The notes under the pieces were generated by a model. The model saw only the letters and a list, made by a program, of their open reading frames with translations, was not told where the DNA came from and made no database searches. The position numbers were made by a program, and so were the translations under genes. From Schizochytrium sp. TIO01 (taxonomy: Eukaryota > Protista > Bigyra: Labyrinthulomycetes): DNA of 64,000 bases. Where the stretch lies: NCBI GenBank assembly GCA_004764695.1, contig SMSO01000025.1, positions 992,001-1,056,000 of the forward strand. The letters are read 5' to 3'. Shown one piece after another: positions 11,201 to 21,599 of this stretch (positions are counted from its first letter, which is position 1; each line of letters starts with the position of its first letter).

Positions 11201-13322
11201 AGGCGTAGCATACTTTGATACAATGTAAGAGAATTTCGATTATATATACCGATGGCTCATCTGGTATAGTATCTTCTTTCCGTGAATGACCTTGTCCCTT
11301 GTGGTCTTGCTCCTGTGTCCAAGAAGCATTTTGAGTTGCTTCTCCAGTTGATTGGCTATTGTATCGGCGCCAAACCCACTGAACATTTTCTTGAGAAGAA
11401 ATGATGCTGCCATCTTCATTGAAGAAATCTCCAAGGTAGCCTTTAGCAAATAAAGTATTTGAAGTATCTCGACCATCTACATCATCTTCCGTGGCCGAGT
11501 TGATACTGTCGAGTGTAGAAGCACGATTGAGTTCAGACGAACTTGACACAGATGTATCTAAACCTGATACAAGAAATTGTATACGTCGGAGTTTATCTTC
11601 AGTAGAAGCCACTCTTGACTCGATACGGCGGAGGATCTTAGCTAGAGCCCACCTTCCGAGTGATGAAATGCTTGCGGGTACAATCCTGGAAGCTAACATA
11701 AAATCCCGTAGGGGGTGCAGAACAGGAAGCTGGTCAACGTTAGAAGGCTCGTGAAGTTGGACTCGTCCAGTGCAATCAGGTAGGCAATGGAGCTCCTGAA
11801 ATTCAGAACCATGTGCTACATGAGTTAGAAGAGTAATTGCTGCAAGTTTAAACGATAAATCCTTACACGCAGGTTCAGCAGCTCGACCAAGTAACTCCCT
11901 GAGAAAATCACCCAGAATAACATTGTTCGTTTTGTGAGGACCAATACGAATACCTTTTGTTGAACTGCGACGCTGCTTGCTCCGACGTCGGCGTGTCGAC
12001 GATAGCTCTCGCTCCAGTGCAGTGCAAGAATATTTCATAAGATCACATTTTGTGCCTTTACGTTGGCGTGCGTTCGTAATATGTGTGACACTAAAGGCCT
12101 GAAGGTACAATGTTGTAATTGCAGCGCATATTTTAGTTGATGCGCCTGATTGAATGCATGCCCCAAAAAAACCGAGCTGCTCCAAAGCGAAGGGAATGCA
12201 ATCTAGGTCTCGCGCAAAATTACTTAGCATGTGAATTAAGTGCAACGCACTCGGGGGAGGCGGATCGATAACGAGGTTTCCGATATTATTATGTAGCACG
12301 TTAAAGGCACGAGCATGTGCATGAAGGTCTTTAAGCTTCTCTCTTGACAGAGGCTCTCCAAAAGTGATAGCCTGCAAACTCCCTGCTGCAATCTCCTGTA
12401 CGAGACTGTTTCGCTCAGCATGCTCGAGAAGATCAAGCACACTTTCCATCAAGGTTTCATTGAAGAAGCTGTGATTTTCGCTTTGTAAAGCTAGTTCCCA
12501 TATTTCATGTAAACCTTGTGCTTGGCGGACTCGCGGATCATCATATTGAGCAGGGTCAAGAGAAATATCTGCAGTGCCAAGGAATGCGACTGGGTAGTTT
12601 ACTTTCCCTTTACCTAACAAGAAGCGTTCGATTTGCTGCAAAGCTGCATGCAGGTTCGATGCGCGACGTTGCGAGGATTCACTTATCCACTTTGAAAGGA
12701 TTTTCTTCAAAACTGCATCAGACAAAATCGGATACCACTCTACGTTGCCTAGGTCAGGGCGGTGGCTTCTAATTTTATCAAGACACTCTCTTAGTTCGAG
12801 GAAATTGAATAGGTCTTTACCAAGCGAGAGGCAGTCAATGCCGACAAAGAGGTCAACCTGGCTAATGTCAGGGAAATGCGTACCTGTACAGCTAAGTTCA
12901 ATAAACTTGAAGAATGTTTCAATTGTTTTGATGCGCAAACTGTCATGACAAGCAATTGCGTGAATCTGATCATTTGTTTCGGGGAGAGACATCCTTTTAC
13001 CGCTGGTACCTGAAGTTACGCTATCAAACCGCACTGGTTGTTGCATGGAAGATTTATTATTGCCATTGCTCGGAAGTAATGAAGCTGGCGTCTCAACGAG
13101 ATGTTCTCGATGTAGTAAGACCTCATCAGATATTGTTTTGATGTCTTCATCAATTAAGGTGACTGTCATGCAAGCTCGGCCAAGCTCACGAGGATCTGTA
13201 GAGCACTTCGTGTGTGCCAATCCAGTAGCACCTCTTCCTAAGGTTCGCATTTTTGCGCGAAGTCTGAATCCTCCACCGGAGTTTGTGGATCCCCCCTTGA
13301 GAGGTTTTGCCTTGGAAGACAT
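5250..13322 (-). CDS. Large (2690 aa) helical/ARM-like protein with an EF-hand-like region and a C-terminal tandem RyR-like module
   Basis: Uninterrupted 8-kb ORF. ARM-like helices (LATTVWALARHHENA, GGLGLLLSY, AALLRY-type segments). EF-hand-like blocks LMRNEFFDVILRIAHAKY and LSYQDFLEALGRVA. C-terminal LHEVWR...EPRIK...DIAN and HENWLKRN...YEELSEEEKQKDR. The coding call is strong; domain names are inferred. Confidence 0.85.
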   Translation of the reverse strand: MSSKAKPLKGGSTNSGGGFRLRAKMRTLGRGATGLAHTKCSTDPRELGRACMTVTLIDEDIKTISDEVLLHREHLVETPASLLPSNGNNKSSMQQPVRFDSVTSGTSGKRMSLPETNDQIHAIACHDSLRIKTIETFFKFIELSCTGTHFPDISQVDLFVGIDCLSLGKDLFNFLELRECLDKIRSHRPDLGNVEWYPILSDAVLKKILSKWISESSQRRASNLHAALQQIERFLLGKGKVNYPVAFLGTADISLDPAQYDDPRVRQAQGLHEIWELALQSENHSFFNETLMESVLDLLEHAERNSLVQEIAAGSLQAITFGEPLSREKLKDLHAHARAFNVLHNNIGNLVIDPPPPSALHLIHMLSNFARDLDCIPFALEQLGFFGACIQSGASTKICAAITTLYLQAFSVTHITNARQRKGTKCDLMKYSCTALERELSSTRRRRSKQRRSSTKGIRIGPHKTNNVILGDFLRELLGRAAEPACKDLSFKLAAITLLTHVAHGSEFQELHCLPDCTGRVQLHEPSNVDQLPVLHPLRDFMLASRIVPASISSLGRWALAKILRRIESRVASTEDKLRRIQFLVSGLDTSVSSSSELNRASTLDSINSATEDDVDGRDTSNTLFAKGYLGDFFNEDGSIISSQENVQWVWRRYNSQSTGEATQNASWTQEQDHKGQGHSRKEDTIPDEPSVYIIEILLHCIKVCYAWAMSLNKQCVIDENTFVRYKFAPGCVTDKDIDAIVLLLLHVLGFSQEGWFQAFLDMTYQHANVLNEPIEDALRLTSAACERLFFIPQISNRILRRSTESSCSHPGSAPVSPHCKTWIRTPYYSNDNISWNTLSAGLMLSQCTNKGISQDDLVFIQRPMNSEPTSLGPCIQEEGLASKDDINLHQVQALVHIQQEINFPSWPFQPTLCAIAVQNASNPELEASYAQTLFNLLSRSYKAHYLVASYGGLGLLLSYIVKPSAPLKFVRLAKTNVLLAASIMLFAFGPVSNEDLTEEFIDLKNKMTKPPVADKRSGTILCADSGQQLERDSSSITVSRDCLDCVGSLLKNYSRKAYLKIDYANCTSCLATTVWALARHHENASLMIDDRHTIKILAEILSRYVQSLDFPNKIGSMQLSLLENVESSMNALWMLASYAVTRSTNVLPDHLEKKLVDDFLLYKIPSRVCEVLRNMLVLCEFQARHSTEQPPEPAESIIQRLVMQSLNLLWTMVDSSPSLLVCTTKKTGAWALNVLFKCSAAQYVDAKTRERSTNLIAHIAHLMHTSKDTQVVACKGVLKEELRAENMLKLVVGHLKESKETLRTAGALLFARLPMVEEDFALFKASKQGLRLLELATESSLNEQRAAVLALLRYAESDVGQKEIAKYGFYRLLVGCWVAADNKWTDLQNLLSALLQRLAENTSNRTKIYQAELRAKEIAGWAFLKDHEWVAAQARVMEHEADALQAAQTNRRDVRRAFEDWLIDLEVNLKIEAGEPAYQSMKYSSTNSKSPRAGNTKPIFVAEVGDTLSAKQSATQANDTFNTCSAVRQCLIEKQDLHIAMTVFRAHRLALEPIPEKTKSPDNSMLWPFRSIILNSAAHIPGSESQNKMQTEQECEFHVSRPETNNHGHRHNRSYIGIKSTSYESTKAEGNSLFQNGLPNARSLLGKTYSNNVEDLDTQIKIAKQRAFEITNKMNRLRKPEPPSTRRRLVSNVTSSSLVARQSRGKSSPCAAGEGHRSNKDQLIIPCHPQPWKCSMMVQESQGEQPFLHESSSGPDCKHSVYAPFTRAQFRQANDGLSQRLRSPVNSLWDAPISHHSPNPWNPNIKYITENSVTVERKTFTFSPSGSTHEEETPSEFLTRVTQRAGMMQRPKREKMALFGHIHGARVYKDLPLIEAPEGHVGFAFYNGPMDVINMYLDFEQLGAPPHPTSLFALGRMKNILGNDEQESKSLSLLGRLASPREVLSALPGLPKHTLTLNRSASYLKKLEPMVRQEVIAAKHPSLYSQNHEDGARLTSGILGETFDNLDRLERGQAETGIFWTPDGCILDNTLPFAIRVPGRIKNILEGPTEEVERPKLCVEAFDGRRAFLDENPIAKACANVDWELNMQKKGFREFLGQFECEDVEIARDLLVGSSPLLLSIYRFYCALTPQNPFAMLPPSFLRLLTDIKIIDKRESTFSHDCTNIFIRVASMVPEVQDAKIKRLNEQCDPLGLKKSRRLMRNEFFDVILRIAHAKYYTSESHSLAAALDQFLQFHVVRYLGPETILDFDSWRVRYLYTEGISVVYNEHKSMLMQWFTEMAGSSQRSSRWGGAEKERLSFREWNQGLRQVGLYTANFTIRESTFAFVLSTTNVVNWVAEWEPMIALSYQDFLEALGRVAELITIPTTEQLEFFGVEDIVQFYTLMERTNLWSAIDQKSLQALTRLKLWMRSKPSGDDFVSQEDDSNQDSRPLEDKLAQFLTLLSSRKSMDERREAENTFWVGKRRRGSTPSRASRTDPLEDIQRKDINSAFNSDELDFGTPRRRSLVDPFAEIDLEGMVELDEDDVNAVSGDMETFEVSTATQLHEVWRSNRKRLEDGTFEPRIKVINKREYDIANLHFQQLPDYFKLENLLASHAACESIRRCWSQTLGDARADKLKNFARTLRSSNFIEKASAEQHENWLKRNGKLSWVTDEQRKSYEELSEEEKQKDRDIVLVAVKVYLETQLDSQT

Positions 13323-14192
13323 GATAAGGGTGGCAGTGATAGGATTTAAATGCTAGGGCTAGTGTACGTTCTTGTTGCAACTCAGGATAGCAACGCTTGG
13401 TCTGTGCGATGTCTATATCTGCGTCTGAAGACGTAGTCTCATTTAAGCTATATCGATAGTTATGTACGAGTAGTTTAAAATATAGATGAATCTAAAATTC
13501 TTTCAGAAGCTAAGCTTGTATTCGTCTTCTGTGATACAATGAAGTTAGTAATGCAAGCTCGGACAGCTTCGAGTTGAAGGAGTATCTTTTTCGGATCTCT
13601 CTCTCATAAACTAGCAATGCTTGGGCAGAAAGTTGCGAAAGCAAGTCTCTCTCAGGTCGCTCTCAAATTCTTTCTACACTAAGAACTGCACAATTACTGT
13701 TTTTGCTGCTGTAACGGTGCTATGCTAAAGTAAATTCTTGATTAGAGGTTATGTTCTGTATACAGGTAGCTTCGTAATCATCATTTATAAACTGCCGTCA
13801 GATATAATCAATCATCCCATGTTAAAGAAATATGTGAATGCCGTGTTCTGCTTGAACGAACAAACTATTGCCGAGTTCTCAATGTGTGTTTTCTAATACA
13901 TGGGAATCCATTAGGTCCCCATATTCCCTAATATTCCCATGTTCCCATATCAAGGAACCAGAAAACTTCTCCTCCATAAATGATCAAATATATCTACTAG
14001 GTAGTGCTACCATTGTGGATAGACGACCTACCTAGCAGTGGCACTTCGTTTATATTGATTGAGTAATACACACGAACGCTTTGATTTAATTGGCTAGCAT
14101 GCTTAATTTTTCAAGTTTAAAATGACTTTAAATGCGTGCGTGTGCTAAATACCACTCTAGAGTATCCCTAACTATGGCAGCCGATAGCATTA

Positions 14193-14227
14193 GCTAGGTA
14201 GGTAGGCGCCTACCTACATACCCTAGC
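14193..14227. repeat. Perfect 20-bp palindrome within an imperfect hairpin
   Basis: GTAGGTAGGC|GCCTACCTAC at 14198-14217, flanked by GCTAG and CTAGC. Confidence 0.8.
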
Positions 14228-14671
14228 ATTTACATAAAAATGTGGGGAAATGACTTAAGTCAGGTTAGGACTTGGTATCGCGGTAGAAGGTAGCTCCCGA
14301 TAGTCGATAGTCTTGTACTTAATGCAAGCAAGTTTATAAATAATGATAATATACCTACTATGTGCCTTCAGATAAAACTAGTTGTGTCATCAATTAACTG
14401 GCCACATAACCTCAATCTTCTTTCTCTCATAGTACAATTCCATCTAAGATCAGAGCCATCCGTCAGAGCCAACATATCCTTATACACTGACTGCTAGCTA
14501 GCTCAGAAAAGGTGACAATTTTAGAAGACAAGATATTGAAGACCGAAGGAAAGTGGCACAGCTTCGCTTCCTTGACTTGTAGAGTGTTTTGAGCGATCAC
14601 TTTCCTGCCTTTCTATGAAAATATAGCCAACCATGGTATCCAAAAGTTACTAGTCGTCAGAGGTAATGATC

Positions 14672-14713
14672 AAAATGTTTAAGCTTAGGTAAAAACTCAA
14701 GCAAAATAATCAC
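14672..14713 (+). repeat. Dispersed hairpin repeat, copy 2
   Basis: AAAATGTTTAAGCTTAGGTAAAAAC matches copy 1 at 22/25 positions and continues TCAAGCAAAA. Confidence 0.5.
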
Positions 14714-15623
14714 CCATGTACTCATCACAGTACAAATAGTGCCGCTGGATAGCAACTTTCTGACTTGCCAGTGGCCAACTTATTCATTCTTGCTTCTCTA
14801 CGTAGGTCCGTACTTTCTATTGGCGTTCATCATAGGCCCACCACCTGATAGCTAGGGTAGCTAGCCACCTAATTACTACTATCTGGCCAGTACTCATACC
14901 TACCTACTAGTACCCATATGCAATCGGCGCAATCGGAGGTGAGCTACCTAAAGGTACTGTAGACTGAAAGGCTTAAAGGCTTAGGAAAGCTAATACAGCA
15001 CTTTAACCTGCTAAATACATGATAGTAGTAGTACTACCTAGAGAGTACGACCCTGAGGAAAACAGGCCTCGAGGCAGACTTCTTTTCCATCGTTGCTCCG
15101 TTCGGCTGGTGTACATCAGTTGTACGGGCGAGGCTCATTGGGTAAGGTACGTGAAAGCAGCGCGGATTGGATTTAGACTCCATCTTTCTGGTGCTCGAAG
15201 CGCCTCCTTTAGGAGCTGCGTTGAGGCATGCGGGTCGAAGCATTCAACGAGTGATCTTCTTCAAGATGTTCTTTTCTTCTTCTTCTCCTCTTCCTGAAAA
15301 AGAAGAATGTATGTAAAGAAGAAAGCAAGAAAAGGAAGGTGACCCTGGAATCAACCAAAAGTATAAAGTTGCGCTGTGATTGATGGATCATACCGGTCCC
15401 TTTCGGTTTGCCTTTTCTTCGCTTTCTCCTTCTCCTTCTTCTTCTCTTCTTGGCCTCCGAAGGTTAAGAGTGCGTCCTGCTCGGAGTTCTTCCCTTTGTC
15501 CCTCTCCTCTTTTCTCTCTATCGCGTTCTTTTCGTTCTTTCTGTGTTTCTCCCCTGTTCCTTCATTGCGGGTGTTCTCTCGTTGTTCTTTTCCTCAGTTC
15601 TTCGCATCTGCAACATCGTAGGC

Positions 15624-15625
15624 AG

Positions 15626-15657
<32 letters not shown>

Positions 15658-15674
15658 TTACTACTACTACTACT
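15624..15674 (+). repeat. (TAC)n microsatellite
   Basis: Direct tandem TAC run. Confidence 0.95.
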
Positions 15675-16786
15675 GATAGTAATTACTGCTACTACTAGGA
15701 CTAGTGATGCACATCCGATTCCACGAGTCTCGAGACTCCGAGTGACAAGAACCGCGTGAAATTCATAACGGCACGCGAAGAAAGCGCGATTCCTGGGAGA
15801 TTACTACTTCGAGGGAGGGAGTGGGACGCATGGGAAGCCGGCTAGCTAGCCATCCATCCAGCCAGCCAGCCAGCGAGCAAGTCAAGGAGGATGCAATTTC
15901 GAGGAGCCAGACCTGCAATGCGGGAGGCGAAATTCGATGATGCGGGAGTATGCGGACGAGGAAAGGGCAATAAGATAAGAGATGGGTCGCGGCAAGGATG
16001 TGCTCAATCCACAGATGGTCAGCTCGGTTCAAGGACATTGGGTTCTGTGAATTGCATAGCTGTGAGTGGATAATTCAGGCTGGGGAGGGCAGGCAGCGGA
16101 AAAGAGAAATTGAGGCATTGATGAGCAAAGCTGGTCTTGACACGAGCCATGAATGCGTGTGGAGAAAGAAGGCTATTCTTTTTGGCATTATTTCCTCGTT
16201 GGCATAATTTCTATGCATTACTCTTCCAAAGTTTGATAGGCCTAGTGCTTTCTGAAGTCATCGCAATAGCGCAATAGAATTACTTATAGCGCTTCTAGTA
16301 GGGGCTTGTGCTTCAATCTCTGCTTTTAGTGTTAATCAATCTGCTACTATATATAATAGCAGAGGGGGTGAGGCACTTCAGATAGAGTACTACTATAGAA
16401 TACACTAACTGGGGCAGTTTTATTCACCTAGTTCTATTATTGTTTGTGTAGGGGTTATTAAACGATTCAAAGTTCATGAGAAGGGATGAACAGTTGAGGG
16501 ACTAGTGTCGAGGAGAAGACAAGCAGCAAGGAAAAACTAACTGATACATTTCGCTGTCTGACTTGATCTTTGCTCAGTTTACTGGCGGTAGATCAACAGC
16601 AAGCTCCCTAAAATAGATTCTTGTTTCGCAGAAAAAAAAAATAAAACTAACTAATTGAAACCATCAAACTAACTAACAACGCGACCAATAACTTTATCAT
16701 TTCAACAGCAAAGACCGAACGAATTGTCTCTCTGAGGAGACAAACCTCAGCAGGCAAGCAGGGAAGCACATAGGCAAGCAAGAACT

Positions 16787-17860
16787 ATGTCGGCCGCTGT
16801 GCAGATCAGCCGTGGTGCTCTGCTCGCCCTCTCTGCAGGTGCTGGCAGCCTCTACGTGTACGCGAATGGAGGCACTCCCTTCGGCCTCTCCTCCACGGAC
16901 ATTGCTCGTGTGGCCGCCCAAATGTCCGCCGTGAACGCTACTACACAGCAGAATGGCGCCTCTAACGCGGAGCAAGTGCCTGCCTATCTCAAGCCTCTGG
17001 CTGACCAGATGGCCGAACTCTCCAACGAGGTTGCGCGTATGCGCATCCAGGGTCAGTACGGTCATGGGTTTGCCTACGCCCAGAGTGGGTGGGGTATCAG
17101 CTGGACCACCGTCGTGACCGCAGGCGGCGTTGGCGTACTTTACTTGTACATGAAGGGCTATAGCTTTGCAGACTTCATGTATGTTACCAAGAAGGCCCTC
17201 TCCGTAGCAGTCGAGGCGCTTGAGGAGGGCATTGAGAACCTTGGTATGGCGCTTGAGACAGCGAAGAGAGAGCTGTCGTACAAGTTGGGTCTCTTGGAAG
17301 ATAAGGTGGACGAGACTAGAGAGTCTCTTGAGAACAAGATCACAGCTGAAGTGGGAGATGTCAAGAGAGACCTCGAGGTGGTGGGCAATGATGTTAAGGG
17401 CATCTCTCGCGCTCAAGAACAGGTGCACGGACTTGTTCAAAGTATCGAGACCCAGATTGACAACTTGGAGAACAAAATGGAGGGTGTGGGCAATCAGTTG
17501 AACACTGCCAACAGAGGCATCTATCTGCTCTGTAATGTGGTTGCAGAGAACATGGGAGCTGCGGTGAAGGGACGGGGAAGCAACAACAACAATAATAATG
17601 CACCTCGCGGAGCAAGTCTCTACGAGGAGCTCATTGCATACACTCGAGGTGCTATGTCGAATTTTTCCTCCACCATGCGTGGTAACTCGAATAATGACTT
17701 GCGTGTGGACACTCCTTTGATCACCCCTGGAGGTTCGGTTCCTAGTTCCGCACTTGATGTGGTTCCTTCGTTCCGCGAGATGCTTTCTTCGAATTCCTTT
17801 CGGGTTCCATCGAATTCTACTCTGACCAATTCGAGTAGTAGTATTTCTAGCGAGCTGTAA
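16787..17860 (+). CDS. DUF1664-family membrane/coiled-coil protein
   Basis: 357-aa ORF with GC3-rich codons. Hydrophobic segment WTTVVTAGGVGVLYLY followed by MKGYSFADFMYVTKKALS, a long coiled coil, then TANRGIYLLC. These are hallmark blocks of DUF1664 proteins. Confidence 0.8.
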   Translation: MSAAVQISRGALLALSAGAGSLYVYANGGTPFGLSSTDIARVAAQMSAVNATTQQNGASNAEQVPAYLKPLADQMAELSNEVARMRIQGQYGHGFAYAQSGWGISWTTVVTAGGVGVLYLYMKGYSFADFMYVTKKALSVAVEALEEGIENLGMALETAKRELSYKLGLLEDKVDETRESLENKITAEVGDVKRDLEVVGNDVKGISRAQEQVHGLVQSIETQIDNLENKMEGVGNQLNTANRGIYLLCNVVAENMGAAVKGRGSNNNNNNAPRGASLYEELIAYTRGAMSNFSSTMRGNSNNDLRVDTPLITPGGSVPSSALDVVPSFREMLSSNSFRVPSNSTLTNSSSSISSEL

Positions 17861-19141
17861 GCAAGCAAGGACATTTATCTCCTTCCGCTACGTAATGTTC
17901 TTCGTTACTTCCATCCTCTGCTTCTCTAATATCATGTGCATAAATTCATCATTTCGGCTTGCAGGCTCGCTATATTTTCCTTTTTCTTACGAGGCCTCCT
18001 TTATGTCAAATGGCGATCCATCAGTCCCTTAAAAACCAAATAAAAAAACATTTTTCATACTTCACAACTTATTTGGTATTATTTAAATTTGAGAAGCTCC
18101 AAGAGCTTATCGTCAAGGTTTGTTTTAACTTGCTTTATCTTCTCAGGTCACTTCAGCTTCGAATATTTTCAACATACTTTCTAGTTTATCAAATGCTATA
18201 AGAGCCTGCTAAGAAGAATCAATTAAATGGAAGTGAACCTCTAGCTTTACCTTTTCTGGTTGCTTTGTTGCTTTGTTAATTAATATTAATTTCTATGATT
18301 TGATTACATAAAATTCTTCAGATTAAATAACTCAGAGCGAACTGAATTAAAAGATTAAAATGAAGTTGCAGTTATTCTTTACATCAGCATCTATATCAAT
18401 TCTAAAGATAAATGGAGTAGTTTTCCTTTCTAGCAAATCAACAGAAAGCTGAAGGGCTTTTGAAAATTGTGGGGGCAATTTCACTTATGAGTTTTTGTTT
18501 TGTTTTTTTTCTGTTTTTCTAATCCTTATGAGCATGCAATAAGGTTAGAAATGTCATTTAGAACGTGCTATAGAACCATAGTTGAAGTTAGGAAACCTAG
18601 AGCATATTAGTTTTAAGCAAGGTAAGACGACCAAGAAGATCAAAGAAAAATGGGTAATACTAATAGACCATCTAAGTTCATAGGAGGGGTGCGCTCAAAA
18701 GCGCAAGTTAATTTTGTAAGAGATAGAAAGTTGTAAGAAAATTATCTTTAGTTCATCCATTTATAAGGAGTAGAAGAGTGCAGGAAGACTTGACGATGTA
18801 AGCAAGTCTAGATTGAATTGCGAACGTGGATGCAATCATTGACAGCAAATTGTGGTTGCAAATCAGTTACGCGTGAGTTGAAGCAAGGTAAAAAAAAAAG
18901 GTCGACGATCATGTGAAGAACAGAAAAGGCACATTTAAGAAAGAGCTGCAACGTACGAGTGGATGAAAGTACGTGTGTAAGACAAATTTCAATATGGTCA
19001 TCATCGCAGGAGGGCACAAAGGCGAAGAAACCGTGGTAAATCCGTGCTTATGCATACAATTGTGCGAATGTATGGATATTGGCCAACATTTATCTTATGC
19101 CAGGAAGCTTGCATCTTAAAATGTGGTGAAAGAGTTAGTAT

Positions 19142-20054
19142 TTAACAGCATGAACCTCCATTTGCGTTCTGCGCCGTGTTGTTTTCCTTGGTAATGTCCA
19201 CAGTTTCTCCCTCAAGACGGACCTCACCGTCATCGCCAGCCTTATTCTCAGATTCAAGAGCGCGCACCCGGGTAACGTGGTGCTCAAACACTTTTTCTAC
19301 AAGGCTCTCAAACGCATAGCTGACAGCGTCACCCTTAAGCGCTGAGGCTTCAACAAAATACAGGTTGTGCTGCTCTGCAAAGGCCCGACCTTCATCCGGA
19401 GAGACGGCCCGAGAATCTTCCATATCACTCTTGTTTCCCACAACCATGAGCTTGATGTCCCGGTCTGCGTGGGACTGTACTTCAGAGAGCCAACGTTTGA
19501 GGTTTGTAAAAGTCTCTCGATCAGTGATATCGTATACAAGCAAAGCGGCCACTGCGCCCCGGTAGTACGCCTTTGTGATGGCGCGGTATCGCTCCTGGCC
19601 AGCTGTATCCCAAATCTGGCACTTGATCGTCTTTCCTTGAACCTGAAGCTCCTTGGTGGCAAACTCAACACCAATCGTGTGCTTAGTATCGTAGTTAAAC
19701 TCTCCACGTCTATACTGGCTCAGCAAACAAGTCTTACCGACACCACTATCCCCGACAAGCACGAGCTGTTGATGAGTAGTTTAACGAACAAGAGAGAGAT
19801 GTCGTCATGCCATGGACGTTCAAGGCAAGAGGGCAGTGATTGAAGAACCATCCCAAAAGTCAATTGATCCGCACATTGGTGCAGAAGCAAGGTTAGTCAT
19901 CGAAATCTAAGCAGGGGAGCTGTCGTGCACTAGATGCTTTATCTCCCTAAACTGTAAAGGTGTACTGTGGCTTTACGGAAAGCTGGTATTTCCAACTGAT
20001 ACTTACCTTAAAAAGGTAGTCATAATCCCGCTTCACTGCGTTTTGAAGAGCCAT
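19142..20054 (-). CDS. RAB11: Rab11-family small GTPase, two exons (20054-20007 and 19765-19142; intron 19766-20006)
   Basis: Exon 1 [16 protein letters not shown] ends at a GTAAGT donor. Acceptor ...TCAACAG precedes [12 protein letters not shown], in phase 0. Motifs [34 protein letters not shown] and a C-terminal CC prenylation site are present. Confidence 0.92.
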
Positions 20055-20803
20055 GCTGGCAAAGTTGTATCGGCTGTTCTCCTTGAATGCGAGACTTTCT
20101 TTTCAGGAATTTGCAAAAACTTCGAACGTTAGCAGGCTATAATCAACGTATCAACGCGCCAAACTATTCTGAAGCAACAACAGAGTGAGATGTCGTGCGG
20201 TAGGAAAAAGGGCCGTACAGAAATTGGAGGCCCGATGAAAAGGTTTTCCTCGCACGTATCTGGCCGTTGTTTTTTAGAAACCTAGCTTACCCGTCACGAT
20301 CACAAAGCCACGCCTCAGCGAAATGAAGGACACCAGTGCTGTGGAGCTCACAACAAGCTAGATCAAGGCCCTCACTATCGTCGTAACGTGCACGCTTTGC
20401 TTGGGATCTGTCTAGCCCGACCTCCTCTTTCTCCTTTCGCTCTTCTTCGCCTCCTTTTCACTATATGTACGTAGCTAGTTACTACTACAAGTTTAGCGCT
20501 AATTCTATTATAAACATTCCTATGAGTGCGTCAGGCAACTACTACATTGACGCAAGCTTTTGTATTTGTCTTAGTAATATGTCTAAGCTTAGGATACCTT
20601 TTGTTATTATTAATTTTAATTTAAAAAAAAAGCAAGATAAAAAGAATGATTCTAAGAATACCAGGTTAGGTAGATAGTACGTAGTAGGTTTTAGGTAGAA
20701 CTAGTAAAAATCAAACATAATAATTTGAGCAACATCGTGATATGACTACCAGTGTCTGTCTAACTGTTACGAATTAGTTGTCGTCGTAGTCACTTGTCCA
20801 TTT

Positions 20804-20859
20804 GAGTGCTTGTTTTGGCTTGAGTTTTTACATGAGCCAAAATATTTAAACATCTCACC
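20804..20859 (-). repeat. Dispersed hairpin repeat, copy 3 (reverse orientation)
   Basis: Reverse complement reads AAATATTTTGGCTCATGTAAAAACTCAAGCCAAAA and shares GTAAAAACTCAAGC with copy 2. Stem TTTTGGCT/AGCCAAAA at 20813-20842. Confidence 0.5.
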
Positions 20860-21599
20860 GCAGTGACTCGTACAGTAGAATCGAAAGTATGATGTGCTAC
20901 TACCTGCCATACCTACAATTAGAAACCTAAAAAAACATTAGGCCTAAATTAGTTTTTAAGTTTCATGTGACTCTTAGATTTATTGTTGACTAATAGTATG
21001 GTTTCATGTAGATAGCTTAGTTGAGCTGACCGATAGCAGATAGGGTTAGCACTAGAGTACCCTATACTTAGATGTGCAACAACCTTGAGAGTCAAGAATT
21101 CCTATCTTTTGACTGCTAAACTTGTGGTTTAGGAGAACAAATACGCTTCCCTTGTAAACGTTTCCCACGAATTGGTGTGCCGGGCAATCCGATTTTCTGC
21201 ACAATTAGTGAGTTTAGATCGATAAACCTTTTTCAATTGTTCCTTCCTCCTGAGAGGAAAGCACCCCCGAACAGATCATATAGCCGCTAACAGAGTTTCT
21301 AACCGAGATTTCAGAATTCATTTTAGAGGATGCGTCTACCTAGTAATTACTACTGGCGCTATGCAGGTACTTTGTTTGCAGTCAGACATTGACTTTTATT
21401 GAGGAGGAACCATATTTAGGTCCCTTCCGACCGCTCCAAATCAAACATGTCTCATTCAAATTTTCTCAGTGCCTACATTGTTGCAGCGTTTGAAATTTGA
21501 CGAAGCAATGACGATTAAGCAAGATCTATATCTAACTTGACCATTACAAGTTTCGTATTGTCATTGTTATAGTGTTCATGAAGGTCGCGTAGGCGAGCT

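Noticed and set aside
16697-17440. 247-aa antisense ORF
   Set aside because: Shadow of the codon-biased DUF1664 gene; no motif.
19766-20006. Possible intronic snoRNA in the Rab11 intron
   Set aside because: No convincing C/D or H/ACA box arrangement seen.
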